From a virus: a DNA stretch of 64,000 bases. Location of the stretch: IMG/VR virus record IMGVR_UViG_3300028197_000982, positions 10,923 to 74,922 of that record, one strand, 5' to 3'. A model generated the notes under the pieces. The model searched no databases. It had not been told where the DNA came from and saw nothing but the letters and a program-made list of their open reading frames with translations. Both the position numbers and the translations under genes were made by a program. Positions 20,101 to 30,200 of this stretch are shown one piece after another (within the stretch, counting starts at the first letter, position 1; each line of letters begins with the position of its first letter).

Positions 20101-20419
20101 TAGTTTAATTTATAGAAAAGGTTTGCATAAAGCAAGTAATCCTACGTGGAATACTGCTAAGTTTATAAATAATGGTAAGACATTACCTAAAATGACTTGG
20201 TTAATGTTTGTTTATGATAAATGTAAGATACCTGGGAAGAATAAACCTAGATGGATTATTAAGAATACAACTAACTCAAACATGGCCGATATATATTTTG
20301 AGAGTAAATACTTAACATATCTGTTTAAGGAATCTGGTAAATACGAGATCACCCTTGAACTTACAGATACGAATGGGAATAAATATAAAAAGGGTAGAAA
20401 TATCCTAGTAATAAAATAG
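17129..20419 (+). CDS. Large baseplate wedge protein (gp7/gpI-like) with PKD-like modules
   Basis: YPFIGSYKGLINAIKFFGY (gpI/gp7-like), Trp-rich TW repeats, and PKD-like YLFKESGKYEITLELTDTNGN. Confidence 0.6.
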   Translation: MVNNWKNLNFFDKNGKCYNFDYDSSEDKWSGSIYLSEVSIGLFEVGQIFILEQFVNKNTNTKAFGFPHGIEVPTGTTGSTNGVCNWLVEWQTSDPTEIMLFQFNMNFNSGTQTSLEMEPDGPPLQIITELEVPLGYDPTETVSPDGYIVTDTIISEALQINIAIRSEVENTYKRTLLIKDDCTGNVVAEILVYGETISEDERLKVMTQNMGYNVLESDSDIFRNTNIKELLPNFEEVNLKRKEIMMEGSNIYPFIGSYKGLINAIKFFGYDTLQVKEFWKNVDANSPMFGKYIQSNNIALFDPKVQFNDKSITLPNKKFRKTSLFSLVYRINEIVPDKYDIEDLPITEENYDFTIEEILLKLFGLKKKLENEFLPLNARIKDITGEADFFGLLEVVNTISRNDKTEIVAGIDTNFKLSTDDCIYMEDLRSFSQFCLASEAIVDIAIINYCNAFIAPISSAVGIGRNLLLGPITPGEVYPPSPIGPDLNGPLGNPSDGSNYLVKDLSDAFLAYFTRYAPKLSKVGAWPDGESSYYLPDKPDIPVGAMTVLENTSFNNITWDNVDSTWNQLNDANKFFTFDIDPQGVFVGDVFTVTDPDTNTGATYTATLGDTDTDVRNALYDQLINLKTSFTDPWLFWDITKESGVTGDVLRLFGQNVDRLTVTCESSVGSVLLFSQLPGETLFTWEGIERGNFDEIEWTIYKDATDVSPSYYRVFRGPISQYNKLPLILPYVGLYSVEMKLFDLYNNISSNVKSDFICVESREVEYSGWYQSRKENYTWNSESKYLWNDYGSLWNLPIEPSITWADETPSLYSSLDRVNAILNNFGLGTSPDFQLLNYQDDGKASFSGPYRWDNLTTGGWNDTYHLWWDMTSTTGDTPAFFQFKEVIPETYLKIIDENGETAEHYFDSTIDTLAKAASGLNTSKNKIINKYIYNVVYDASNNQKFIQAVCRYFGVHGDWKYVDIVYANGDRVCPTTGVTGVPFPTGETDCPSLIYRKGLHKASNPTWNTAKFINNGKTLPKMTWLMFVYDKCKIPGKNKPRWIIKNTTNSNMADIYFESKYLTYLFKESGKYEITLELTDTNGNKYKKGRNILVIK

Positions 20420-20426
20420 AAAAGAA

Positions 20427-21071
20427 ATGGCAATTAGCGTAACAGAAATTCTTGGAACAGATTCTTTATCAGGATCCAGGCTAGTATTGAATGATAACTT
20501 CAATATTTTGACCAGTGAAATCAATGCAATGGAGGTTTACTTTAACCCTACGGCTGGTACTATCACTAACCTTAACGATTTAAAAACCGAATCATTAAGA
20601 GTAGGATTAAGTACCATCTTATTAGATGTTAATGCTTCCACGTTTGATATTTTAACCAATGTTAATATGACAGGTAACCTAAACCTTAATGGTGGTGGTT
20701 TAATTAGAAATGATGTAGATCCACAAACATTAAATGATGGGTTTGCGACAGGATCACCTGGAGTAATTACAGTTGGAACTAGTACTGCAGTACCACCTTA
20801 TACAGTTGAAAGGGTTGGTAATCAGACGGCAACAACAGTAACTATTCAACTTAACGATGGTTCAATAGGTCAAGAAATATTTTTTGTATATTCTGAAGCA
20901 CAGACCGGTGTAATTAGTATTACCGGCGCAGTAACTCCATTAGTACTACCAGGTGGTACTAAAATTGATTTAGATGCGCAAGGTGAATCTGCTCACTTGT
21001 TATGTGTTAATGATGGTACAGGAAATGGGGTTTGGTTCTTAGTAGGTGGAACTGGATATACAATAAGTTAA
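20427..21071 (+). CDS. Putative baseplate/fibre-attachment protein
   Basis: N-terminal ILGTDSLSGSRLVLNDNF resembles the DT....R.KIN.NF motif of gp9/gp10-type proteins. Confidence 0.55.
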   Translation: MAISVTEILGTDSLSGSRLVLNDNFNILTSEINAMEVYFNPTAGTITNLNDLKTESLRVGLSTILLDVNASTFDILTNVNMTGNLNLNGGGLIRNDVDPQTLNDGFATGSPGVITVGTSTAVPPYTVERVGNQTATTVTIQLNDGSIGQEIFFVYSEAQTGVISITGAVTPLVLPGGTKIDLDAQGESAHLLCVNDGTGNGVWFLVGGTGYTIS

Positions 21072-21089
21072 TAAAAAGAAAAACGATAC

Positions 21090-23216
21090 ATGGCAACGAC
21101 GCCTTTAATTAAAACGCCGCAGGCTGATGGGGGTACATTTTATACCTTCTCTTCATCTGCACGAGATCTTTCAAAGACCCTTAACAATGATGAGCTTAAG
21201 TTGGTCTTTTCGAAGTTTGTGCTTTTAAATTTACCAGATTTTGATAAATTAGACCCAAATAGTGCAGCCTCTCTTACATTATCAAACTACATGCAATTTG
21301 ATACCATTGACGGTATGATTGCAAGTGGTGGATTAAAAGGCGATCCTAATGTTAACTTTACTGAGAGTCTTCAGAATTACGCTCTGAACTTAGAAGAATT
21401 AATTATTAGTGATACTTCTTATGATAATACTTTACAGAGATCTGTTGCCGAAAGAGTATTCTTTAAATGGTTAAAAGAGACAGGTGCAATGAGGTACCGT
21501 GCTGCTACTAATCTTGAAAAGAATCCTGGTGTTGTTAGACCATTATTTGTAGAAGAAGATTCTATAAGCACAGCAACAGATGAGTATAACCGAGTAGTAA
21601 AATATGTAGGTGATATTGATATTGTAAATAATGTAGATAAAGCAGGTGAGGCTTATACAGAACTTTACATTAATGTTCCAACAGAAGTTGGTGGAACTCC
21701 TACTATTTTATTTGATTCTATTTCAGATGCTAATTATCAACCTAGTTTAAAAATACAAGGTAAAAATGAATTTATTTTAGGTCGTAATGCAAGTACTGTG
21801 CAACCACAAGGATTAAGCATTAATGCATTTTATGATTATGATCAACCTTTATTAAATCCAACAGGCCCTGCAGGTTATACAGATCCTAATGCGAATTGGA
21901 TGGATGAACCAACCCCACCAACGACAGTAGATTCTTATTTTACTGAACCTGTTACATTTACTAATCCTACTAATGTTTTTATACAAAAATATCCTGCGGA
22001 TTATGGTAGTCCTGCAGGTTTTAATGGATCTGCTTATATACGATCTGAGTTAGATGGAATTTCAGTTGACTTTACTCCTAATGATTATGAACAAATTGTA
22101 ACTGATCCAACAATTTCTACTATAGCTCAATTTAATGGAACTGATTTAGCAAGCACATTTGAATTTAATGCAGTATTAGTTTATTATGATTTAGTTGATA
22201 CTAGTAATACCGCAAACACTGTTACTAATTTATATGGTATTTTATTAGTAGATAATGTTACACCTACTACAGATGGTGGGTTTATTCAAAGATACCCTAA
22301 ATTTAAACCTAATAAAGTTACAGGGCAAAATGGAAATAGTTATGGGTTTAAAATCAATTTGCGATTTGATGCTTCACCAGGATCAGCTGGCATCGATACA
22401 ATCGTTAATGATTATAATACATTTTCAATGCAGCTCTTCAGTGAAGCAACTGCACAATTACAGGAATCGGCTAAAATATTCCAAACTCAACAATTAGAAA
22501 TATCTACACTAGATCAAAAAGTTCAAACTTTAGAAAATCAAATAACTAATGTCGCTGATGTAACTTCATTACAAGCACAAATCACAAGCGTACAAGATCA
22601 ATTAGATAATGCTAATTTGGCTTTTGCAAATGATACGGTTTTACTTGACTTAATTGCTAATAATTCAGATGAAATACAATCCATAGCAAATGGAAATGTA
22701 CCTATTAGTTTACAGTATAATACAGATGTAGTTAGGCAAGGTACTGGAATTACGGTAGATACTAATACACCTAACTTAATTACTATTTCTTTAGCAACAC
22801 AAGAGTATAGTTTTATGGTACCTATAAATAAAAACCAGGTTCAAATAACACCAACTAATCCATTAAATTTAAATCAAGCTATACCACAAGTATTTACAGA
22901 GCTTAAGACATATACTAACATGCTTAGGTTAGATACTGTGAATGAAGCAGGTGGTGATTTAAATATTTATGTAAATGATACAGGTATACAATGGAAGACA
23001 GGGCAAACATTAAGGTTAGCATTTAATAATACTTTAGATATAGGAGCAAGAAATATAAGAGTATGGACGGATGCACCAAGTAGACTTAATAACGGTTCTT
23101 ATGGAATGTCCATGGGAGTAATACAAAACGCAGAGATAACATCATCTAAGCCTATCATAGAATTTATATGTACAGAGCAAGGTGTTCTTAATTTCGTATA
23201 TGATGTAATTAAATAA
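21090..23216 (+). CDS. Putative virion structural protein with coiled coil
   Basis: 708 aa in the structural module; heptad stretch LEISTLDQKVQTLENQITNV. Confidence 0.6.
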   Translation: MATTPLIKTPQADGGTFYTFSSSARDLSKTLNNDELKLVFSKFVLLNLPDFDKLDPNSAASLTLSNYMQFDTIDGMIASGGLKGDPNVNFTESLQNYALNLEELIISDTSYDNTLQRSVAERVFFKWLKETGAMRYRAATNLEKNPGVVRPLFVEEDSISTATDEYNRVVKYVGDIDIVNNVDKAGEAYTELYINVPTEVGGTPTILFDSISDANYQPSLKIQGKNEFILGRNASTVQPQGLSINAFYDYDQPLLNPTGPAGYTDPNANWMDEPTPPTTVDSYFTEPVTFTNPTNVFIQKYPADYGSPAGFNGSAYIRSELDGISVDFTPNDYEQIVTDPTISTIAQFNGTDLASTFEFNAVLVYYDLVDTSNTANTVTNLYGILLVDNVTPTTDGGFIQRYPKFKPNKVTGQNGNSYGFKINLRFDASPGSAGIDTIVNDYNTFSMQLFSEATAQLQESAKIFQTQQLEISTLDQKVQTLENQITNVADVTSLQAQITSVQDQLDNANLAFANDTVLLDLIANNSDEIQSIANGNVPISLQYNTDVVRQGTGITVDTNTPNLITISLATQEYSFMVPINKNQVQITPTNPLNLNQAIPQVFTELKTYTNMLRLDTVNEAGGDLNIYVNDTGIQWKTGQTLRLAFNNTLDIGARNIRVWTDAPSRLNNGSYGMSMGVIQNAEITSSKPIIEFICTEQGVLNFVYDVIK

Positions 23217-23240
23217 ATAATAAAAGAAAGACGAAAACTA

Positions 23241-26200
23241 ATGGCTGAAAATAATTCAATATCAACAATGTTACCGGAGCTTCTTAGACTTTTTAATAAT
23301 TCATTAGAAGGGTTTGAGAAGGTTAACCAAGCCATAACTTCTAGTAATGAATCTGTGACTATTAATATTCAAAATAATGATGGTACTAATTCAAGAGTTA
23401 CTATACCTAGTTTTGGTTTTCTTAAGAATTCAGTAGATAGGCTACAAACAAATATAGATACTATTACTAATGTAGGTGGGCAGAACAGTTCAATAAGATT
23501 AGCTGATGGTACATTTAGAAAATTAGTATTAGCAAAATTACCAACAGAGGCATTAGATTTAACTTCTATAAATTCTATTGAAAATTTTAATGTTAAGCCT
23601 AATTGGTTTTTTGAAGAATTAATTAATCCACTATTATACATTTCATTTGATTTAACTGGCCAAGTACCTATAGATACAGAAAGAGCTATAATTCAAAGGT
23701 ATATACTAAGTACTAATACTCAAACCAAGATTGATTATTTTACTAATGCGTTTTTAGGTAGAGCTGACATTAATTATGAGAATTTTTTAGAGAGCATTGT
23801 TCAGAGAAACATTTCTTATGTACTAGATGAAGCGGTAGTTGATTTACCACCAAGAGTAAAAAGGTATACTGGTAACTTTAGTGTACTAAGAATTTCAGAT
23901 GCTACAGTTACAGAGGAAATAAACGGTGTTAGTGTCACTTCACAAAGGAAACAATATAAATTAAATAAGATATTTTATACTGATGTAGAGGCTGATTTTG
24001 ATGACACTGTGCAACTGTCAGTAGGTGATAGTTTAGAGGTTATAACTAATCCTATTACAACAAGATATAAAATTACAAAAATAGATTCAAGCACTAACAC
24101 AGTTATTGTAGAATTAATTGAAGGCTCTGCGGCAATAAGAATTGGTGCTGATGTATTAAAAATAGCATCATCGCTAGAAGATAATGTACAAGTAGATGTT
24201 ACTGTAGGTTTTAATGAACGATGTGTTACTTTTGTTAAACCTATTGACCCAGATTCAAAAATACCTTCAGTTAACTGGTCACCAGGAAGCGCGTTTTTCA
24301 CTAACACGTTAACTACACTAAATGAAGCAGGGGTAGAACAAACATTAGCAGAATATTACCAACAGAGCGCTATTGATTTTGGGGCAATGTTGCTTTCGTT
24401 TGCTGATGATAGAATGCCTACAACTAGAGAAGGTGTAACACCAAATGCACCAACTCTTAATGATGGAGATTTTGGAGTAAAGCTTATTAATGGGCAGGTA
24501 AGTGATTCACCTGCTATCGTAGAACTTACAGATTTAAATAATCAAAAGAATACTATTGAATCAACTCTTAAAGAATTAGATGGTGCAATTTCACAGAGTA
24601 GAACTAAAATACAAACAACAAATTATTCAACAGAGGTTGAGCGTGATGCTGATGTAAATGCTTTACAAGGATTAGTAACCGAGAGATCATCACAAGGGGA
24701 ATTATATGCGTCGGTTGTAAAAGAGATAGATGCTAAAGCTAAAGATAATTCAGTATCAAGTATTTCACCTAAATATAGAGCAAGAGGATTTTGGGCAATG
24801 CCAGAGGAAAGGTCCACGCCAGCTACCGGTACACAATCTATCGTTAAATTTAAAACAAGATACCGCTATCTATCAAGTGATGGCGCAGCTAACCCAGTAG
24901 ACCAATTTAATTTTATTGATGGATCAGGTGTTAGTCAAGGGGCGTTTTCCAATTACAATATTATAGATAGTACATTAAGACCAAGAATTAAGAATAAGAT
25001 AACGGGTGTTTATGAATGGGTTGAGCTAAATGCAGATAATGCAGATGCGGTTAATATTAATCAATTAGATATTCCAATTAGAAAAGGTGAACAGGTTGAG
25101 GTGCAAGTTAAGTCTGTATCTGAGGCAGGGTGGCCTTCTAATCCATTAGAAAGCGATTGGTCAACTAGTATAATTATTCCATTTCCTGCAGATCTTAGTT
25201 CTGATAATGCAGTTGAAGCTATAATTAATCAAAATCAACAAGATGTAGCAAAAGTTTCACTAGAGGAAGATTTAAATGAATTAGGAATACAACAACACTT
25301 AAGCAGTTCCTTTACTGCAAACGAAACTTATTTTGCTCATTCATCTCCAGTGATTGCATCAGGGTTCTTATCCGAAAATCAAACACCTATTGATCTATTT
25401 ACTAAATTAACTGAAATGCAAAATCAGTTAGATTTGTTTTCTGAAATTCTTGCAAATGCACAGGGTGAACTGGTGGTTACTTTAATTGATGATCAAGGTA
25501 ATGTTACTAACTTACAAAGGAATTCGGTTACTAAAGTTTTTGCTGGTTTCTATTCACAGGAAGTTTCTAACTTAGATGATCCTAGAGGAGCTGTTATTTC
25601 AAAAACATTCTTTATTAACCTAGCGAACAGAGAACAGACTGGATTAAGGTTAATTTCTAGAATAGCCGGAAATAGAAAGAGAATGGTTAAACAATCTGAG
25701 AATCCTATATATAGTGTTGCTGATGTAACAAGCGGTTCTACTATTTTACCAGCAACATATGCATGGCTAGATAATAGTTCAGTGAATCAAACAAATGGAA
25801 GAGCAACATATTCCTCTGATGATTCTGATTATAACACTATTAGAAAATATGATTTAACTCCCTTACTTTTAACTAATCCAAAGTTGTCAAAACAAGTTAA
25901 TGGTGGTTGGAAGTATGGGCAAACAACATCATTAGCGCCATTTCAATCTACACAAAATAAAAATCAATTTATAACAAGTAGATTTAGTGACGTATCATCA
26001 GAAGAAAATTTCTATAGTTACATAAACCCAGCAGGTGATTTTACATTTAATTTAGATACTGCTGAAAACTTTTACGGAAGACCAACTGACACTAGCGCAA
26101 GCGATGAAACCGAGTTTATTTGGGGTGCAGGGTTTGATGTAACTACAGGGTTACCTACCACATCTGCTAGTTACGGTACAGTTGCATTAAATGATGATGT

Positions 26201-27179
26201 ATTAGAAGTACATACTTCTCACCCTATAATAACAACAATGGATGCGTTTAGAACTGCATACATTAGTGCTACTGGTGATACTGTTACACTAGGTCAACCT
26301 GGTGATGCTATCACAGCTGCGCAGGCTGATTGTTCAACTGCCGGTAATGGAACTGCAAACATTATGTTTAGACAATCTAAATTTATGCCATTACAATCGG
26401 ACCAGGACCTTGGTAAACTACAAGCTATTTATTTAAATGAAGATGTTATAGATTTATCAGTACTTGCTACCGCGCCTCCATTGGCTGGCCAAACATGGAC
26501 ATCTGGACAAACAATATCAGCAAGTCCTAGTATAGTTGCAATTGGCCCATTATCAAACCCAACGAATGCTAACCTTGTTAATGGTGGTAAAGGTTATGAG
26601 AGAAATGTTAAAAATTCATTTGAAACATTTGATCAATATACATTAGGGAAAAAATCATGCGGATCATATTTATTTATGTCTGCTGATGATCATCAAAGTT
26701 TGCAAATGCAAGGCGATTCAATACAATCTTCTGCTATAATAGGATTTGGTCAACAAAACTCTGTAAATATTCCAATGGTATTTCAGTATAGAATGACTGA
26801 TTATTTTGGAACAGGAACAGGCTCAGAAGGTGGATTAGGAAACATTGCTGGTGATACTACACAAGCAACTGTAAATCTTACATATGCCAAGAAAATAGGA
26901 TTTGATATATTTCCTAATAACCAAGATGTTTATCAATATGATATTGAAATATTTTCTAAGTATAGATCAGATAATCTTAACCTAGATGTATTCCCATCCA
27001 AAACTGTTACAAAAGGATTAAATGATCTAGAGAAAGTATTAACTAAATTAAGTCCTACTGTTACTGCTACTAAAGTTAACCAAGTGGTTAGAAATGGTGG
27101 TGGAGGCGGAGCCGGAGGTGGAGGTGGAATGACCAGAGGGTTTGCACAAGAAAGTGATAACAGCGGAAACTTCCTGTAA
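23241..27179 (+). CDS. Large putative virion structural protein (Fn3-like segment, coiled coil)
   Basis: 1312 aa; VEVQVKSVSEAGWPSNPLESDWS is Fn3-like; late-type motif at 23212. Confidence 0.6.
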   Translation: MAENNSISTMLPELLRLFNNSLEGFEKVNQAITSSNESVTINIQNNDGTNSRVTIPSFGFLKNSVDRLQTNIDTITNVGGQNSSIRLADGTFRKLVLAKLPTEALDLTSINSIENFNVKPNWFFEELINPLLYISFDLTGQVPIDTERAIIQRYILSTNTQTKIDYFTNAFLGRADINYENFLESIVQRNISYVLDEAVVDLPPRVKRYTGNFSVLRISDATVTEEINGVSVTSQRKQYKLNKIFYTDVEADFDDTVQLSVGDSLEVITNPITTRYKITKIDSSTNTVIVELIEGSAAIRIGADVLKIASSLEDNVQVDVTVGFNERCVTFVKPIDPDSKIPSVNWSPGSAFFTNTLTTLNEAGVEQTLAEYYQQSAIDFGAMLLSFADDRMPTTREGVTPNAPTLNDGDFGVKLINGQVSDSPAIVELTDLNNQKNTIESTLKELDGAISQSRTKIQTTNYSTEVERDADVNALQGLVTERSSQGELYASVVKEIDAKAKDNSVSSISPKYRARGFWAMPEERSTPATGTQSIVKFKTRYRYLSSDGAANPVDQFNFIDGSGVSQGAFSNYNIIDSTLRPRIKNKITGVYEWVELNADNADAVNINQLDIPIRKGEQVEVQVKSVSEAGWPSNPLESDWSTSIIIPFPADLSSDNAVEAIINQNQQDVAKVSLEEDLNELGIQQHLSSSFTANETYFAHSSPVIASGFLSENQTPIDLFTKLTEMQNQLDLFSEILANAQGELVVTLIDDQGNVTNLQRNSVTKVFAGFYSQEVSNLDDPRGAVISKTFFINLANREQTGLRLISRIAGNRKRMVKQSENPIYSVADVTSGSTILPATYAWLDNSSVNQTNGRATYSSDDSDYNTIRKYDLTPLLLTNPKLSKQVNGGWKYGQTTSLAPFQSTQNKNQFITSRFSDVSSEENFYSYINPAGDFTFNLDTAENFYGRPTDTSASDETEFIWGAGFDVTTGLPTTSASYGTVALNDDVLEVHTSHPIITTMDAFRTAYISATGDTVTLGQPGDAITAAQADCSTAGNGTANIMFRQSKFMPLQSDQDLGKLQAIYLNEDVIDLSVLATAPPLAGQTWTSGQTISASPSIVAIGPLSNPTNANLVNGGKGYERNVKNSFETFDQYTLGKKSCGSYLFMSADDHQSLQMQGDSIQSSAIIGFGQQNSVNIPMVFQYRMTDYFGTGTGSEGGLGNIAGDTTQATVNLTYAKKIGFDIFPNNQDVYQYDIEIFSKYRSDNLNLDVFPSKTVTKGLNDLEKVLTKLSPTVTATKVNQVVRNGGGGGAGGGGGMTRGFAQESDNSGNFL

Positions 27180-27231
27180 CATTTAATTTTCATTACCTTC
27201 ATGGTGAATAAATAAAAAAAGTGAAACTTAA

Positions 27232-30200
27232 ATGTCTAAAAATCTCTTTGATAAAGCATCATATAGTATAGCCAGAACTAATCCTAAGCTAACAGGTAAT
27301 GTTAAACTTATTAGTGACGGTACTGACTTATACTTAGAATCATTTAGTGCAAACACCGAACTCTCATCATCTGCATTTAAAGCATTTAAGATAAGCGGTA
27401 AAGATACGTATGATCGAGATGTATGGAAATTTTTTCAAGGTGGTAGATTTCCTGCTAATTTAGGTTATGAAGTATTTCAAGAATTCCAAGACATATCAGT
27501 ATTATCACAATACCAGAATCAATATGAAATGTTCTATTCTGCAGGTACACGGTCCGTATCGTCTAACGCATATTCCGATGATCTTGGTCTCCTTGCTCCA
27601 ATTTGGTTAAATGAACAAATACCAGAAAACTTTGTAATATTTAGAATAGATAACCCAGCTGCTGTAAATAATATAAATGAAACTTTACAAAATGCAAATT
27701 ATTTAGACGCACAAACATCCTCAAAATTTACAGAAAATGTTTTGCAAAATTGCACGGCAATTAAAACCTTTGATTTATCATCTAATAGTTTGCTTGGATC
27801 ATATCTTAGAAATTATAGATTACAAGAATCTTTTCCTAAGTCACCTCTTAACATTTCATGGAGAAAAGATGAACCTATACAATGGGCAGGTATAAACTAT
27901 ACCAAGGGTGGGTTTACGCAATCAGGTAGTTTTTCATATGATGGTTTAGTTACACAAGATACTACAATAATAAATAATGAATACTTTTTTACTGAAGGGT
28001 TTGAGAGAAATAAGGTATTATTAGCAAACCTTATTAATATGGAATTTTTATTTACTGATGTTAATGCTAATGATTATTCAATAAACAGATATTTTGGTTT
28101 ATATGTTAATGAAATAGAAGAAGGAAAGTTTGATATATCAGGAGAAGGTTTTTATAAAAATACTGAGAAAACCCAATTACCTAAAATTAAAACAATAACT
28201 GAGGTTTCTGATTTACTGAATACTCCATTTGAAATGACAAATTCCGCAGGGGTACTACTTTTTCTAGACCCTACCAAAACAACCACAGTAACAGGTTTAC
28301 CTACACCAAATAGAGTTAATGAAGTTGAATCTATTTTTTACGCAAAAGATAAAGATAACAATTACCATACAATTAAGAAGGGTTCCAATTGGGGAGAAAA
28401 TCAAATAAGATTATTTGACACAAAACTAGATGTATCTAAGTTTGCAGGGTTTCAACAACCTGACACTTTTGCAAATGCTACTATTTTACAACAAAAAGGT
28501 AAAGCTACTAGTAGTTTTAAAATATTAGATGAATTAGTAGACGGTTTTAAAATTACATTTTATGATGGTGTTGATTTAGTAGGAGAGATCGCAGCCAGTA
28601 CTGCTGAGTCACCTATACCAGGTAATAATAAAATGCAATTTTTTAATCCTAGTGGTACACCACAAGAAATTGCCCAAGCGATTACTTTAGCCATTAATCA
28701 AGGAATTTCACCAGAGAAAAGATTCTTTGTGGCATCTTATAACGATGATACCATATATGTTCAGTCTAGGTTTGGTGGTAGCAGATTTAATAGGTTAAGT
28801 TTTGAAATTGATTTTATCCAATACCCATTGATGATAAATTCCATATCATCATATCCAATTACATCAGAGGTTGAAACCAGTAAAAACTTCGTAGGAGGTA
28901 ATGATGTTAATGGTGCTTTACTAAAAGTTGCTAATGGTGACCAGGATAGGTTTATTAAGGGCGATTTTATACAGTCTAAAAGTGGCTTTGCTGAAATAGG
29001 TGATTGGGTGCCATATCTAAATAGTCCTATTATAAATGATAGAAATAAACAAATAGGATATAATGAAGTAGATGAGTATGTTATAATAACTTTAGATGAT
29101 GACCAGATAAATGTTACTAGGAGTGGTCAAGTTGCTTTATATTCAGATTACCGATCTTCGTTTGGTAGATTTTCATTTTTCCCAGTAAGAGATTTTGATT
29201 ATGATTTTTATAGTAAGATGTATAGTCAAATGGGCGAATTAAATTATGAGTATACTCACTATAATCAAAAAGACGCGCTAGGAGCATATGAAGGAATTAG
29301 TACTAACCCAGAAATAAGAGAATTTTACGATAACGGTGGATTTACCACTTTAATAGGCTTGCTTAAAAACGCGGACCCTGATGTTAATGTTGAATCTATT
29401 ATTAAATGTGAATATGATAGACTTGAGGAAAATTATATAAAACAACAAGCAGTAGCATCTAGGGTAATACCTTATATAAATAAATGGTCATGGTTAAACG
29501 ATGGTAAGAATGTTAGAAATGTACCTTATAATTTAAATTTAAGCGAGGCATTTAGCCAAAACAATTTTGCACCTTCTAAATATTCAGTAGGACAGGTTCC
29601 GTTAGGGTTTACTCATGAGTGGTATTACTTATGTGAATTTCCTTTCTATTTTAATAATGATGCTATCTTAAATTCATGGAGTTATGTAGATGCTGCCCCA
29701 GTTGATACTAAAGAAGAAAACCCTTTAACCGGACAAGCGTATACACCAGGAACATTCCAAAAGGTTGATAAAGATTATTTTAATGATTATTTTATTATAG
29801 ATAAGTTTACTGCTGGTGGTAATATTAATCTTATAGATAGACAATTAAGATATGGTAGATTTAGTGGTGGTGATGAAAAGAATTTTGCGGAAACATTTTT
29901 GAGAGGGGTTAGAATAATTGCAAAACCTAAAGCAAACCCACTTGATAAACCTAATTTTAATGCGAGATCGTTAAAATATATTAATGATGGAAGATTTAAT
30001 GAGTATAGATTTTCAGTAATGTTAATACCTAATGCAGATGAAAAACCTGAAACACAAATTAAATTTGTAAAGAATGAAAAATGGAAGACTGTTGTAATGA
30101 TGGTATTTTTAACTTTAGATAATGAATGTATAAATGCTGGAAAGCAAGAAATAGATAGAACTTCCCTTTATTCATTAGAAAGTGATTATAAAGTAGGATT